NCBI GenBank assembly: GCA_964540725.1
Contig: CAZINU010000004.1
Coordinates: 12,233 to 76,232, forward strand
Origin: an uncultured Candidatus Peribacteria bacterium
Lineage (GTDB): Bacteria; Patescibacteriota; Gracilibacteria; BD1-5; UBA2023
Reading direction: 5' to 3'
DNA length: 64,000 nt
Shown: piece by piece, positions 1-10,855 of the stretch
How positions within the stretch are numbered: the first letter of the stretch is position 1
How the letters are laid out: every line of letters starts with the position of its first letter
The notes under the pieces: model-generated
What the model was told of the DNA's origin: nothing
The model's input: the letters and a program-made list of their open reading frames with translations, nothing else
The model's database searches: none
Translations under genes and position numbers: made by a program

Positions 1-189
1 TCGGACGGTTCGGCCTACGCCGCGTTCGTCGACCGGGTGAACGTCGACCGCATCTACCTCTATCGGAACGGTTCGTATTCGTTCGTACCGGTTTCGAAGA
101 GCGTCCGCGACCTTCTTTCCCGCCGGGTGCTCGACATTCTTTCCGACCCCCGTCACAACCCGAGCCTTTCCGACCGGATTTCCGCGTAG
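1..189 (+). CDS. 3' end of an unidentified CDS (5' part lies outside the window)
   Basis: Frame 1 is open from base 1 and ends at TAG 187-189. Codon usage resembles neighbouring genes and a hairpin follows. No recognisable motif. Confidence 0.4.
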   Translation, partial: SDGSAYAAFVDRVNVDRIYLYRNGSYSFVPVSKSVRDLLSRRVLDILSDPRHNPSLSDRISA

Positions 190-268
190 ATTCGGCGTCC
201 GCGTTCGGCGGATCGTCCGTCCGCGAACCGGGAATCCTTGATTTTTCGGCATTCTCCGTACTATGTCC

Positions 269-308
269 AGGCCGTTTCCTTCCGGAAATCGGCCTTTCCT
301 TTTGTTTT
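269..308 (+). terminator. Putative intrinsic terminator
   Basis: Imperfect hairpin aggccgtttcc/ggaaa(t)cggcct followed by a T-rich tract, about 80 nt after the TAG at 187-189. Confidence 0.4.
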
Positions 309-321
309 CGGAAAGATTTTC

Positions 322-396
322 GCCCCTGTAGTTCAGCGGATAGAACAAGGCACTCCTAAGGCTTAGACACAAGTTCGATTCTTGTCGGGGGCACCA
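322..396 (+). tRNA. tRNA-Arg (anticodon CCU), CCA encoded
   Basis: Cloverleaf folded by hand. Acceptor GCCCCTG/CGGGGGC, D arm GTTC-AGCGGATA-GAAC, anticodon loop CTCCTAA (U33, CCT, A37), T arm ACAAG-TTCGATT-CTTGT, discriminator A plus CCA. There is one 31:39 mismatch in the anticodon stem. Confidence 0.8.
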
Positions 397-438
397 GTCT
401 TCTTTAAAAACGCGAACTCCTTCGTTGATGGAAAAAAA

Positions 439-739
439 TTCGCCCACCGTACCAGCACGTACGACTCGCTAGAATTTTTTTCCATCGCCTCGGATTTCAT
501 CGTTTTAAAAGGAAGACGGAACTTCTTGAAAACCGTCGGCCTTCGGGCTCCGTTCTGCGCTTCGCGCTCACCGTACCGGCACGTACGACTCGCTTGCGAT
601 GCTCGAACGTCGCCCGAATTCCTCGCGTTTGAAAGGTTTCCGACGATTCCGGCCCGTTGCCGAATCTCTCGGTTTTGAGAAAGTTTCTCTTGAAAGGAGG
701 ACTGAATTTTCCGAAAACCGTCGGCCTCCGCGTTCACCG
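439..739. repeat. Dispersed imperfect direct repeats in the tRNA-to-CDS spacer
   Basis: A 26-nt core caccgtacc[a/g]gcacgtacgactcgct occurs at 445-470 and 569-594 (1 mismatch). gaaaaccgtcggcc occurs at 528-541 and 713-726. Confidence 0.6.
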
Positions 740-763
740 CAACAATACTTCCAACACTTCCGA

Positions 764-2086
764 ATGGATCCCGCGTCTCTCCTGTTTTTCTGCTTCCTCG
801 TAGTTCTTTCGGCCTTCTTCTCGTGAACTGAAATTGCCCTCATGACCGTTTCGAAACACGCGATAGGGGGGTACGTCAAAGCGGGAAAACTGGGCGCCAA
901 GTCCCTCGCGAGGATTAAAGAAAAAAATGACCGGCTCCTGATCGTCATCCTGATCGGAAATAATTTGGTCAATGTCGGGGCCTCCGCGCTCGCGACCGTC
1001 GGTGCTTTGAAGATTGCCGAATCCCTCCGTCTTCCCGGCGAGTACGGAATCGCCCTCGCGACCGGAGCGGTTACGCTCATTCTCCTGTTTTTCGGGGAAA
1101 TTACTCCGAAATCGATCGCTTCGAAGTACGCCGGTGCCGTAGCCCTCGCCGTAGCGCCCGCATACGAATTCCTCATGACGGTCCTCTTGCCCCTGACCGT
1201 CGTTATCGAATGGTTCATCCGCGGAATTCATAAACTCTTCCGAACCCATTCCGACGGACAAAAGATGTCCGCTGAAGAGCTCGAGGCCTTCTTGGAAATT
1301 TCCCATGAGAGCGGAGCCGTGGAGACACACGAGCACAAGAAAATACGGGGGATTCTCGACCTCTCCGAAACGGAAGCCGCTTCGGTCATGACTCCTCGCG
1401 TAAAAGTGGAATTCGTCGGATTCGACGCGACCGTCGACGAAGCGGTGGAAACGCTTTTGGCCGCTTCGCACAGCCGCCTTCCCGTTTCCGGAAAGGATAC
1501 CGATGACGTCGACTACGTCGTCACGCTCCGGGAAGTCGTCGGTTGGCAGAAGGCCGGACTCGGGAGTGCGCGCCTTAATCAGCTCGAACTCGAAAAAATC
1601 ATCAAAATTCCGCTTACGAAGCCGCTCGACCAGTTATTCGAAACGTTTCAGAAATCCCGAAAACACATCGCGCTCGTCATGGACGAGTACGGCGGCGTCG
1701 CCGGGGTCGTAACCCTCGAGGACGTCGTCGAAGAGGTGTTCGGTGACATTAAGGACGAAAAAGACCGTGAAGAGGTGTACGTCCGTCGCATGGGCGACGG
1801 TTCCGTCCGCGTCAAGGGCGACGTGACGGTCGAAGATGCGTTCGAGCCTTTCGGTCGCGTCGATCTCGCTTCCCTCGGAATCGACGAGTACGAAAACGAA
1901 ACCGTTTCCTATCTCGTCATTTCCTTGCTCGGAGCCTTTCCTAACCAGGGTGAAACCATACGGCTTTCTCCTTCGGACGACGGATGCACCTTCGAACTGA
2001 CCGTGGAAGGAATCGACGACAATGCCGTAACGGATGTCCGTTTAATACGGACGTGCGAGCCAGAAAACGGCCGCTCCAACCGATAG
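764..2086 (+). CDS. CNNM/HlyC-CorC family transporter (DUF21 + CBS pair + CorC_HlyC)
   Basis: ORFs 599..826 and 842..2086 share a frame and are joined by TGA 824-826, giving the DUF21 motif SAFFS-G-TEIAL. The CBS region and C-terminal CorC_HlyC-like domain follow. ATG at 764, TAG stop. Confidence 0.85.
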
Positions 2087-2186
2087 TCGGTCGGACTTTG
2101 TCCGAACAAACAGCCCGCCGTTTTTCCGTCTCGCGTTCTCGGAAAAAACGGATATACTCCGCCAACTTCCGTTCCAAATTTTCGAA

Positions 2187-3659
2187 ATGCTTCCCCGAAT
2201 CACTATCGTCGGCCGCCCCAACGTGGGAAAATCGAGCCTCTTCAACGCGCTCTCCGGCCACCGTATCGCTATCGTGTCCGATATCGAGAACACGACCCGC
2301 GACATCTTGGAGTACGCCGTCCGCGATTCCGAACACGGCCTTACGTACGTCATGGCCGACTCCGGCGGCCTTGCCTTCGGTACCGACGACGAAATTCTGA
2401 AAGACGTCCGAAAGCGCGTAGAGGCGTCCGTCGCGCAGAGCGACCTTATTTTGTTCGTGCTCGAATACGATCGCGCCACGACCTTCGACGACGAAATCGC
2501 GAAACTGCTCCGCAAGAGCGGCAAGCCCGTGTTCGTCATTCCCAATAAGGCCGATAATGCCGACCGATTGCGGGAAGCCTATGCCATGGCGAAGTACGGA
2601 TTCGACGAAACCCTGCCGGCGTCGGTACTGCATGGTCGCGGACTGTTCGAAATCCGCGCGAAGATCGCGGAATTCCTCCGTGCCAAAGGTCTCGCCGTGA
2701 GCGAGCCCGAATACGATGCCGAAACTTTGAAGCTTGCCATCATCGGCCGCCCCAACGTAGGAAAATCGAGCCTCGTCAACGCGCTCGCCGAGGAAGACCG
2801 CGTCATGGTTCGCGATATGCCGGGAACGACCCGCGACGCCATCGACACCGAAATCGAATTCGACGGCAAGAAGGTCGTTCTCATCGATACGGCGGGCATC
2901 CGCCGGGCCGGCAAAATCGGTATCGGGAACATCGAAGACTGGAGCGTCCTCCGGAGCGAACGCTCCATCGAACGCGCCGACGTCGCCGTTATCGTGCTCG
3001 ACGCGTCCGAAGGCGTGACCGGACAAGACCAGGCCATCATCGGCAAAGCCATCGAGGCGAAACGGGGACTCATTCTCGTGTTCAACAAGTGGGACAAAGT
3101 ACTCGCCACCCGTCCGCCGGACGTTTCTCCGGAGCAGCTCATGGAACGCTCGGCGCGCTACGCGAAGAACCAGCTGCAATTCTGCGATTACGCCGAGATG
3201 CTCTTCGTGAGCGCGGCGGAAGGCAAGCGCATCGATCGGATCCTCGAACTCTCCCTCGCCATCAAGGCCGAGCGCCAAAAGCGGGTGAAAACGGCCGTCT
3301 TCAACGAATTTCTCGAACAGTCGGTCCTTCAGCACGCGCCGACCGGAAACCGCAAATCCCACAAACCGAAAATCTACTACGGCTCCCAGGTCGACGTCGA
3401 TCCGCCCCGGTTCGTCATTTCGGTCAACAACGCCGGCCACTTCCACTTTTCGTACGTCCGGTATCTCGAAAACCGCATCCGCGAATTCTTCGGATTCGCG
3501 GGTACGCCCGTCGAAATCGAACTCAAGGGCCGCGAGAGCATCTTCAAGAAGGGCGGAGGACTCAAAGAGCCCGAAGAACTCGCCGCCATGAAGGCCAAGC
3601 GCCAAATCGAACGGACCGAAACGAACGCTCGCGCCAAGCGCGCGAAACGGGGGAAGTAG
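2187..3659 (+). CDS. der: Ribosome-associated GTPase Der (EngA)
   Basis: Two tandem GTPase domains, each with GRPNVGKSSL (P-loop), DTAG and NKxD motifs, plus a KH-like C-terminus. TAG stop. Confidence 0.95.
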   Translation: MLPRITIVGRPNVGKSSLFNALSGHRIAIVSDIENTTRDILEYAVRDSEHGLTYVMADSGGLAFGTDDEILKDVRKRVEASVAQSDLILFVLEYDRATTFDDEIAKLLRKSGKPVFVIPNKADNADRLREAYAMAKYGFDETLPASVLHGRGLFEIRAKIAEFLRAKGLAVSEPEYDAETLKLAIIGRPNVGKSSLVNALAEEDRVMVRDMPGTTRDAIDTEIEFDGKKVVLIDTAGIRRAGKIGIGNIEDWSVLRSERSIERADVAVIVLDASEGVTGQDQAIIGKAIEAKRGLILVFNKWDKVLATRPPDVSPEQLMERSARYAKNQLQFCDYAEMLFVSAAEGKRIDRILELSLAIKAERQKRVKTAVFNEFLEQSVLQHAPTGNRKSHKPKIYYGSQVDVDPPRFVISVNNAGHFHFSYVRYLENRIREFFGFAGTPVEIELKGRESIFKKGGGLKEPEELAAMKAKRQIERTETNARAKRAKRGK

Positions 3660-3754
3660 CGAACCGCCCCAGGTTGCCGATTTCGGGAAAGGATTCCGGC
3701 GAATCCGGTCCGAACTTGTCCCGAACGGTGCCGTCCGGAGTTCCCTTGGGATAC

Positions 3755-3786
3755 GAAAAAACTTCCGGTCTTCCGGAAGTTTTTTC
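3755..3786. terminator. Bidirectional intrinsic terminator between convergent genes
   Basis: aaaaaacttccgg-tctt-ccggaagtttttt: a perfect stem flanked by an A-run and a T-run. Confidence 0.6.
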
Positions 3787-3837
3787 GTCGGGGCGCGTCC
3801 GTGATTCGCCGGCGCGGATACGGATCCGGCCAAAAGG

Positions 3838-4491
3838 CTAGTCCGGAAGTTTTTTCAGAATTTCCGCCAAAGCCTGCCGCGCCTGGGTCGTATCGGGAAA
3901 TTCGTTCCTTTCGGTTTCTTCCATGGCGAGAATCTCCAAGGTCGCGTCGTATTGTCGCTTCATGAATTCGGCATCGTCCCGCCCCTGTCGCCAATCGAAG
4001 ACGATGGGCGAATGGCATCGGAAGCCGCAATTTTCGAGCATGATGGCGAAGGCGAGGAGGGCGTCGCGGATACGTCGGGCGCTTGCGGGCGGTCGGATTT
4101 CGAATCCGAAACTGCCGATACGGCGGGTTTGGAGAAGCTCCTGCTCCACGAAAACCCGGTCGATCAACCCCCGCACCCGTGCCCGTTGGAGCCGGTGCAT
4201 GAGCGCGGGTTTCGGTTCCTGCCAACCTCCGGAAACGACAATTTTCCGATTTTCGGCCGTTCGGGCGCCCGGCGGAACGGCTTCGAAGGTAAGTTCGATC
4301 TTCGGTACCCCTTCGTCTTCGGCAATCCATCCGATCCCGTAGCACTGGGTATCCGGGTCGGAGAGCGCCGCGTTAAGAAATTCGTCCGGAAACAGGCCCG
4401 TAATGGCGCGCGACCAAATCGAAACCTTTCCCGGCCCGGTCGAGACGAGTCGGTTCGGCGGCACGGGAGGCATCGGCGGACTATTTTTCAC
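3838..4491 (-). CDS. Hypothetical protein
   Basis: 217-aa ORF with a TAG stop and neighbour-like codon usage. No motif recognised. Confidence 0.55.
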   Translation of the reverse strand: MKNSPPMPPVPPNRLVSTGPGKVSIWSRAITGLFPDEFLNAALSDPDTQCYGIGWIAEDEGVPKIELTFEAVPPGARTAENRKIVVSGGWQEPKPALMHRLQRARVRGLIDRVFVEQELLQTRRIGSFGFEIRPPASARRIRDALLAFAIMLENCGFRCHSPIVFDWRQGRDDAEFMKRQYDATLEILAMEETERNEFPDTTQARQALAEILKKLPD

Positions 4492-4912
4492 GGGTGACGG
4501 CTTGAAGGCGTTCGTAGCTGGTACGGGTTCGGTCGAGGTTCCGATCGGCGAGTTCGCGGTAGAAGGCTTTGCCCGTACGTTCGTAGGAACGGAGGCTCTT
4601 GAAATATTCGCCGAGCTCGTACGTGAAATATTCGAGCTCGTTTACCGTATCGGCGAACTGGTAGGACGACATGCGTCCGTCCCAAACGCGGACGAGAGCT
4701 TCGTTTTTGACCGCTTCGAGAAACTTCGCGGCGTCGCGGTATTTTTTCCGGTTCGCTTCGGTCCTGAACGGAACGGTCGGGAGCGCGAGGCGTTCCATGC
4801 GGGATTCCTCCGAAGGGGCGCCCGCGATTTCGTCCAAGAAGAACGCGGCGCCGGCCGACGGCGTTGAAAGAACCGCGAAAACGGCTATGATGCCCAGAGA
4901 AATCCGTTTCAT
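4481..4912 (-). CDS. Hypothetical secreted protein
   Basis: N-terminal signal-peptide-like MKRISLGIIAVFAVLSTPSAGA. TAG stop. Overlaps the next gene by 11 nt. Confidence 0.55.
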   Translation of the reverse strand: MKRISLGIIAVFAVLSTPSAGAAFFLDEIAGAPSEESRMERLALPTVPFRTEANRKKYRDAAKFLEAVKNEALVRVWDGRMSSYQFADTVNELEYFTYELGEYFKSLRSYERTGKAFYRELADRNLDRTRTSYERLQAVTREK

Positions 4913-4924
4913 GATTCGGATTGG

Positions 4925-6016
4925 ATGAGAGAGGTATTAGATACTTTAATAAGTACCAAATTGAAATTGTCAATAAAAAACGTCCGAATTTCGCGCGAAA
5001 CGGCCGCTCCGGCCGCCTTCCTTCTGACCGCCCTCTTTGCCGTTTGGTGGCTTTCCGGCGCTGCCGACGCGTTCTCGAGCCTCTTCGCGTTTTTGGCGTA
5101 TTCGGCATTATTCTTTCTGCTTCGAGCCGCGTACGGCGCCGCGTTCTCCAGGGGGATCCCGAGTTTCCGGGAATTCTTCCCCTCGTTCGTCCGCGTTACC
5201 GGTCGGGGATTCGCGCTCGTATTCGCCGCCATCGCGACGTTCGCCGTCTACGAAAACGAAATCGCGCCCGCGGAGCTTCCCGCCTACGTGCTGTCGAACG
5301 GCGAAAAGACCGTCGTGTTCCGCCCCATGGCCCATATCGCGTCCCCGCGGTACTACGCCGAGGTCAAGCGCGAACTTTCCGAGGCCCGTAACGGGGGGTA
5401 TGCGCTGTTCTACGAAGGCGTCCGCCCCGGAACGCCCGAAAACACCGCCCGGTTCAACGCGCTCCTCGGCCTCGAATTTTCCAAGGAACTCTATCCCGCC
5501 ATGTCCAAACTCTACGGACTCGTTCCGCAGGACACCCGCGCCATCGTGGGCGAGTTCGCGGAGGGCGACGTCAACGCCGACGTTTCCATCGACGACATCA
5601 TCGCCGCTTACGACCGGAAGTTCGGTTCCGGAGCCTCCGATTCGAAGCCGAAGTCCGAATCTCCCTCCGGCATCCGCGACGTCGCGAAGGATTTCTCGGA
5701 ATACGCAGATTCGCTCTCTTCCCGCGAACTCGCCCTCATTCGCTACGTCAACCGCGGCATCATGTCGTTCGTCATCAAGAACCGCGGCGCGGCCGACGCG
5801 GTTGCCGAAGGTGCCGGGAATGCCGACCTTTTTTCAGTCATTCTCCACGACCGCAACGAAGTCATCGCCCGCGAAATCCTCAGCTCCGACCGTTCTAAAA
5901 TCTACGCCACCTACGGCCTCCTCCACTTCGACGGCGTCTTCGATTTGTTACAGGAGGCCGATCCGAAGTGGAAGGTGACGATTTCCGATCGGAAGCTGTA
6001 CCCCACCGTTCCATAA
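4925..6016 (+). CDS. Membrane protein, weak TraB/GumN-like resemblance; start uncertain
   Basis: 363-aa ORF with N-terminal hydrophobic helices and a TAA stop. The family call is weak. Confidence 0.5.
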   Translation: MREVLDTLISTKLKLSIKNVRISRETAAPAAFLLTALFAVWWLSGAADAFSSLFAFLAYSALFFLLRAAYGAAFSRGIPSFREFFPSFVRVTGRGFALVFAAIATFAVYENEIAPAELPAYVLSNGEKTVVFRPMAHIASPRYYAEVKRELSEARNGGYALFYEGVRPGTPENTARFNALLGLEFSKELYPAMSKLYGLVPQDTRAIVGEFAEGDVNADVSIDDIIAAYDRKFGSGASDSKPKSESPSGIRDVAKDFSEYADSLSSRELALIRYVNRGIMSFVIKNRGAADAVAEGAGNADLFSVILHDRNEVIAREILSSDRSKIYATYGLLHFDGVFDLLQEADPKWKVTISDRKLYPTVP

Positions 6017-6121
6017 CGCCCGATTCCGCCCGAATCGCCGCCCCGCCGACCGAAATGCCCGGCCCCGCCGCTTGCGTTTCCCGGAAAAACCGCTACCATC
6101 CCGTATCCCTTTTCCGTTCCC

Positions 6122-8077
6122 ATGAAGAAAAAACCCGATTCCAAGAAACCGTCCGAATCCCGAGTCAAAAGCCCTCTTGGCGGCATGGGCGTCCGTCCTC
6201 CGAAGATCCGCCGTCCGAACCCGCTCGTTGGGCTCTTTTTGGTCGCGCTTGGCGTTTCCGTGGCGTATTCGTTTTTCGCGTCGCCCGTCCGGGAGGACGT
6301 GAACGACAAGGCCGCCCTCTCCGAAGTCGTTGCCAAATACCATTCGGGCACGTACGAGGAGGTCGTCGTCCAAGGGGCCACGCTCCTTGCCAGGAAGCCC
6401 GCGAAGGAGAGCGTCGTCGGCGATCGGGTCGTGAAAACGGTCGAGGTCGACAAGGTGCTCCTGCCTCCGAACGACGGCCTGACCGATCTCGGGTTCAACG
6501 ACCGTTCGGTCGCGACCAAGGTGACCGTAAAAGAAGATTTTTGGAGCGGTACGATGGGCGAACTCATTCCCACGCTCGTCGCGGCGGTCATCTTCCTCGT
6601 GCTCGCCGTCGTCATTTTTTCGAAATTTTCGCAAGGGGGCGCCAACCCCATGGCCTTCATCAAGTCGCGGGCCCGCGTGTACGACCCCAAGGCGAAGGAC
6701 AAGGTCACGTTCGCCGACGTCGCCGGTTCCGAAGAAGAGAAGGAAGACCTTTCGGAAGTCGTCGATTTCTTGAAGAATCCGAAGAAGTACAAGGATTTGG
6801 GCGCGAAGATTCCCCGTGGCATCCTTATGGCCGGTCCTCCGGGAACGGGAAAAACCCTCCTCGCCCGCGCGGTCGCCGGAGAAGCCGCCGTTCCGTTCTT
6901 TTCGATTTCGGGTTCCGAATTCGTCGAAATGTTCGTCGGCGTGGGCGCCGCCCGCGTGCGCGACTTGTTCCGCGAAGCGAAGGAAAAGGCCCCGTCGATC
7001 ATCTTCATCGACGAAATCGACGCTATCGGCAAGCGCCGCTCTCCCGGAATCGGGGGCGGGCACGACGAGCGCGAGCAGACCCTCAACCAGATTCTGACCG
7101 AAATGGACGGGTTCGACAACGACACGAGCGTCATCGTGCTGGCGGCCACCAACCGGGCCGACGTGCTTGACAAGGCGCTCTTGCGCCCCGGACGCTTCGA
7201 CCGGAAGGTCGTCATCAATCTGCCGAACCTCGAAGACCGCGTGAAGATCCTCGAAGTCCACGCCAAGGGCAAGCCCCTCGACCGCGACGTCGACCTCAAG
7301 CGCGTCGCCTCGAGCACCGTCGGATTCTCGGGCGCCGATTTGGGCAACCTTCTGAACGAAGCCGCCATCCTCGCCGGAAAGCGCTCGTCGAAGACCGTCA
7401 CGGCCGAAATGATTCAGAAGTCCATCGAAAAGGTCGTCATGGGCAATACGAAAAAGTCGCTCCGCATGACCGAATTGGAAAAGAAAATCACCGCCTACCA
7501 CGAAGTCGGGCACGCCATCGTCGGAAAAATGCTGCCCAACGTCGACCCCGTCCACAAGATTTCGATTATCCCGCGCGGAAGCGCCGGCGGCGTTACGTGG
7601 TTTTTGCCCGAGAAAGACCGCACCTACGTCTCGAAAGCCAAGTACTTGGACGAACTCGCCCGCAACTACGGCGGCCGCGCGGCCGAAGAGGTGTTCTTCG
7701 GCGCCGACAACGTCACTACCGGCGCGTCTTCCGATATCGAGCACGCGACCGAAGTGGCCCGCGCCATGGTCATGCGTTACGGATTCGACGAGGAACTCGG
7801 TCCCGAAAACTTCGCTGCGGAACAGGTGGCGGGCAATTACCTCGGCGCCGAAGGTTCCGGGAAGATCGTCTCGGAACGCACGCAGGAAAAGATTGACGAA
7901 AAGGTCCGCGAAATCCTCAAGGGCGCCTATGTCCGCGCTCGCGACATCATTCTGGCGAACCGCGACCTCCACGAAAAGATCGCGATCGACCTTTTGGAAA
8001 AAGAAGAAATGCTCCGCGAGGAATTCGACGCCTACTTCGAAGGCGTCGCAGGGGTTCCGGAGAAGGCGGTGGGGTAG
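6122..8077 (+). CDS. ftsH: ATP-dependent zinc metalloprotease FtsH
   Basis: Walker [12 protein letters not shown]+ second region of homology, zinc motif [11 protein letters not shown] stop. Confidence 0.95.
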   Translation: MKKKPDSKKPSESRVKSPLGGMGVRPPKIRRPNPLVGLFLVALGVSVAYSFFASPVREDVNDKAALSEVVAKYHSGTYEEVVVQGATLLARKPAKESVVGDRVVKTVEVDKVLLPPNDGLTDLGFNDRSVATKVTVKEDFWSGTMGELIPTLVAAVIFLVLAVVIFSKFSQGGANPMAFIKSRARVYDPKAKDKVTFADVAGSEEEKEDLSEVVDFLKNPKKYKDLGAKIPRGILMAGPPGTGKTLLARAVAGEAAVPFFSISGSEFVEMFVGVGAARVRDLFREAKEKAPSIIFIDEIDAIGKRRSPGIGGGHDEREQTLNQILTEMDGFDNDTSVIVLAATNRADVLDKALLRPGRFDRKVVINLPNLEDRVKILEVHAKGKPLDRDVDLKRVASSTVGFSGADLGNLLNEAAILAGKRSSKTVTAEMIQKSIEKVVMGNTKKSLRMTELEKKITAYHEVGHAIVGKMLPNVDPVHKISIIPRGSAGGVTWFLPEKDRTYVSKAKYLDELARNYGGRAAEEVFFGADNVTTGASSDIEHATEVARAMVMRYGFDEELGPENFAAEQVAGNYLGAEGSGKIVSERTQEKIDEKVREILKGAYVRARDIILANRDLHEKIAIDLLEKEEMLREEFDAYFEGVAGVPEKAVG

Positions 8078-8101
8078 GGGCCGAAGGCTCCGCCCTTGGC
8101 G

Positions 8102-8356
8102 CTAGAAGTCTTGATGGTCGGAAACTTTGTACACCGAAAATACCGTTCCTTCGAAAAATCCGAACGCGCGGTATTTTTGATTGATCCGAAATTGGTAGAT
8201 TTCGGCCGCTTTCGGCCTTCGGAGTTTGAAATCGAATTTCTGGGGATTTCCTCACATCATCAATCGTTTCGCCTTTACGTACTGCTCGGTAAGTTGGCGC
8301 GATTCAAGATAGCGAACCACGGTATCGGATTCGCGAATTTGGGTAATTTTCCGCAT
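8102..8356 (-). CDS. Putative RelE/ParE-superfamily toxin (type II TA)
   Basis: 84 codons once TGA 8252-8254 is read as Gly. The C-terminal half EIYQFRINQKYRAFGFFEGTVFSVYKVSDHQ resembles the RelE/ParE core. Lies 4 nt downstream of a small ORF. TAG stop at 8102-8104. Confidence 0.5.
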
Positions 8357-8360
8357 GCCC

Positions 8361-8525
8361 CTAGAGATTTTTCCAAGAATTCGCCGGAGCTTTTTTCGCC
8401 GCTTCCAACTCCTCTTCGAGTTCGGTTTCGAGGCGGTACTGCAAAAGAACGCGGACGAGTTCGTCCATGTCGCGGAAATGCGTTTGGGGAAGCCGCACGG
8501 GACGGTCAATCGTAAGGGTGGTCAT
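8361..8525 (-). CDS. Putative antitoxin
   Basis: 54-aa acidic ORF (MTTLTIDRPVRLPQTHF...) immediately upstream of the toxin-like ORF. TAG stop. No motif recognised. Confidence 0.4.
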   Translation of the reverse strand: MTTLTIDRPVRLPQTHFRDMDELVRVLLQYRLETELEEELEAAKKAPANSWKNL

Positions 8526-8805
8526 ATGCGTGGCGATAAAAATGGATTGATGCGATGATATCCAAGGAAAATGCATGACAAAAGAAATTTTCCGGAAAAA
8601 CTTCGAAAAAAGCGTTTTTCGCAAAAATCTTCCGACGATATCCGGCACCTCGGATACGCAAATATACGCGAACGTAAATGTCCATATCTAGACGTTTGGC
8701 ACTTTTTGCATGCTCGCTCATAAAGTAAAAATCCCTTCGCAAAGCCACGTATGGAAACAATCTTAAAAATTTCTGAAAAACGCCCTCCAATTTTCGGCGA
8801 ATTCT

Positions 8806-8834
8806 TTGACAGGGGGAAAAAGAGAAACTACGAT
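8806..8834 (+). promoter_or_regulatory. Sigma70-like promoter candidate
   Basis: TTGACA (8806-8811), 17-nt spacer, TACGAT (8829-8834), about 30 nt upstream of the ATG at 8865, inside an AT-rich gap. Confidence 0.4.
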
Positions 8835-8864
8835 GGGCGGAATTATTCGTTTTCCCCGTCGCCC

Positions 8865-9608
8865 ATGCCGAGACTTTTCCGTATCTCCCCAATTGTTCCG
8901 GTTTTGCTCGTCACGGCGTTCGCCGCGTCGTGCTCGGTGCGGTCGCCGTTTTCGACCGACCGAAGCTCCGACGACCGCTCCTCCGCCGCCTCGCGGCGTT
9001 CGGCCGAATCGGTCGTGGCCGAAGAATCGCCCGAGTTCCTCGAAGGCGCCCGAAAGGTCGACTACGCCCCCACGTTCTCGGGGTTCGCGCTTGCGCCGTT
9101 CGAAACGGGCTCCTCCGCCACGTTCTCGGGCGGCGTTTTAATGGTTGGAAAATCGTCGTTCACCGGTTCGCTCGTCCGGCTCCAGGGCGTTGAAATCGGC
9201 CCGGACGGCAAGGGCGGATGGACGTGCCGAAGCGAAGCGTCTTTCGTGCCGCCGGAATCCCAAAGCGGCGCGAGCGCCGTTGCCGTTCCTTTAAAAACCG
9301 CCCCCGCGATCTTCGTTCCCGGCTTTTCGAAAATGCGGCTGCTCGGAAAAACCTACGCCTACGCGCCCGAAAATCTTTCCGCCTACGGCAACGTCTTCGA
9401 TATCGACGCGTTCGTTACGGCCGACGGTACGGCGTACGTATTGGAATTCGAGAACGCCAAAGAGAAGGCTTCCAGAAAAGAAACGCTGGACGAATACGAA
9501 CGGAAGGTGCGCGAAGTGAAGGAACGGTATCCGGCCGACCCGGCAGTTGCCAACCGCCTGATCGACGCGCTGAACGATGCGTACGGAATCGACGCCACGA
9601 AGTTTTAA
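8865..9608 (+). CDS. Hypothetical lipoprotein
   Basis: MPRLFRISPIVPVLLVTAFAAS-C lipobox. TAA stop. Confidence 0.6.
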   Translation: MPRLFRISPIVPVLLVTAFAASCSVRSPFSTDRSSDDRSSAASRRSAESVVAEESPEFLEGARKVDYAPTFSGFALAPFETGSSATFSGGVLMVGKSSFTGSLVRLQGVEIGPDGKGGWTCRSEASFVPPESQSGASAVAVPLKTAPAIFVPGFSKMRLLGKTYAYAPENLSAYGNVFDIDAFVTADGTAYVLEFENAKEKASRKETLDEYERKVREVKERYPADPAVANRLIDALNDAYGIDATKF

Positions 9609-9632
9609 ACCGGTTTCCTAACCCCTTTTCCC

Positions 9633-10835
9633 ATGAAACGTTTCGCGCTCTCCGCGATTGTCGGACTCGTCGCCTTCTCGGTTCCGGCCGCATTCGCCGC
9701 GCCGAGCATGGAAGACTACACCTACGTCGACTGCCATAACGGCCAAGACTCCACGGCCGTTCCCTTCGACCATACCAAGCCGTACAGCACGCTCAAGGCG
9801 GCTATCGAGGGCAGCATCAACCATATCAACGCGAATTGGAACATTCCCGCCAACGCCCAAGCGGTGCTTTCGAAGCGGTTCGTCATCAAGGCGAAAGCGC
9901 TCTGCGTGTTCGACGGGTACGGGGCGAACGGAATCCGGCTGAATTTTTGAAACGGAAACGTGTATCACAATGATCTTTTCATTACTTCCGACGATACCGC
10001 AAAACCGTTCTGAATCCGTGGATACTATTTTTACGATTCCCAGATTGACGGGTACGCGAATCCTCGTTGAATAACCTTTGACTCGACGTATTTCATGGGA
10101 AGTTCCGCGGCGGCCGGAAATTCGTATTTCCGAATAAATTCGAACGGAATCGGCATTTCGAATAGCGTCATTACGATGGGGTCATCGCCCATGTTCCAAC
10201 AGCAGACTTGGAAATACCCCTACTGCAACGTTTCTTGGTGCGCGTACGCCCCGAATCCCGCGAATGCGAAAATCTCCAACTCCCTCATCCGCATTACCGG
10301 AAACCAGAATGCCGACACGAACTTCCTCATGCCGGGTTCCATCGAGAATTCGAAAATCGAGTTTACCGTTCCGAACGGGGCGAACGGAAAACTCATTCTG
10401 AATGCCGACGGAAGCAATTTCCTCAACCTCATCAAATCCACCCGCTTCGACCTGGGAGGCAAGAACGTCCACGTGAACGTCGACGTCGTAAACAGCCAAT
10501 TCACGAACTTCGGCACCTTTACGGCCGCCGGAGGTTGGAACGTCTTCACGAACAACACCGTGCTCCAAATGCCCGGGCTCCTTACGGTGAACAATTGGTA
10601 CTACGCGTACAACAACGTCTTCGCGCCGTACGGGATTGCCGATTCGTCCGACCCGAACAACGAGCGGCGGAACCTCCAGACGCCCGCGCAGACCGGCGGC
10701 GTTGGGTGGAGGTACCGCAAGGCCCTCGGCACCTACCTCGAGCAGAATTTCACCGACGCCACCCTCCGCAACGAAGCCGCGCCCGGAAGCGCTTCCGGCG
10801 AAACGTTCACGCCGACGTACCCGATCTTCCAATAG
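9633..10835 (+). CDS. Secreted protein with beta-helix-like repeats
   Basis: ORFs 9633..9950 and 10095..10835 are in one frame, joined through TGA at 9948, 10011 and 10068. Signal peptide MKRFALSAIVGLVAFSVPAAFA. Recurring xNSxI motifs (ISNSVIT, ISNSLIR, IENSKIE). TAG stop. Confidence 0.65.
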
Positions 10836-10855
10836 TAATCCTTACCGTTTTCCCC

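Noticed and set aside
322-396. Alternative reading of the tRNA as tRNA-Gly(UCC), or as the UGA-decoding tRNA-Gly(UCA)
   Set aside because: The UCC reading requires an anticodon loop ACTCCTA without U33. The loop CTCCTAA, with U33 and A37, gives CCU (Arg). No UCA anticodon can be placed.
439-739. CRISPR array (also considered for 31367-31413)
   Set aside because: There are only two copies of each block, with irregular spacing or direct tandem arrangement. No spacer architecture and no cas genes are present.
8506-8892. 128-aa minus-strand ORF across the AT-rich gap
   Set aside because: It overlaps the antitoxin-like ORF and the lipoprotein start. It has atypical composition and no motif. The region is better explained as divergent promoter DNA.
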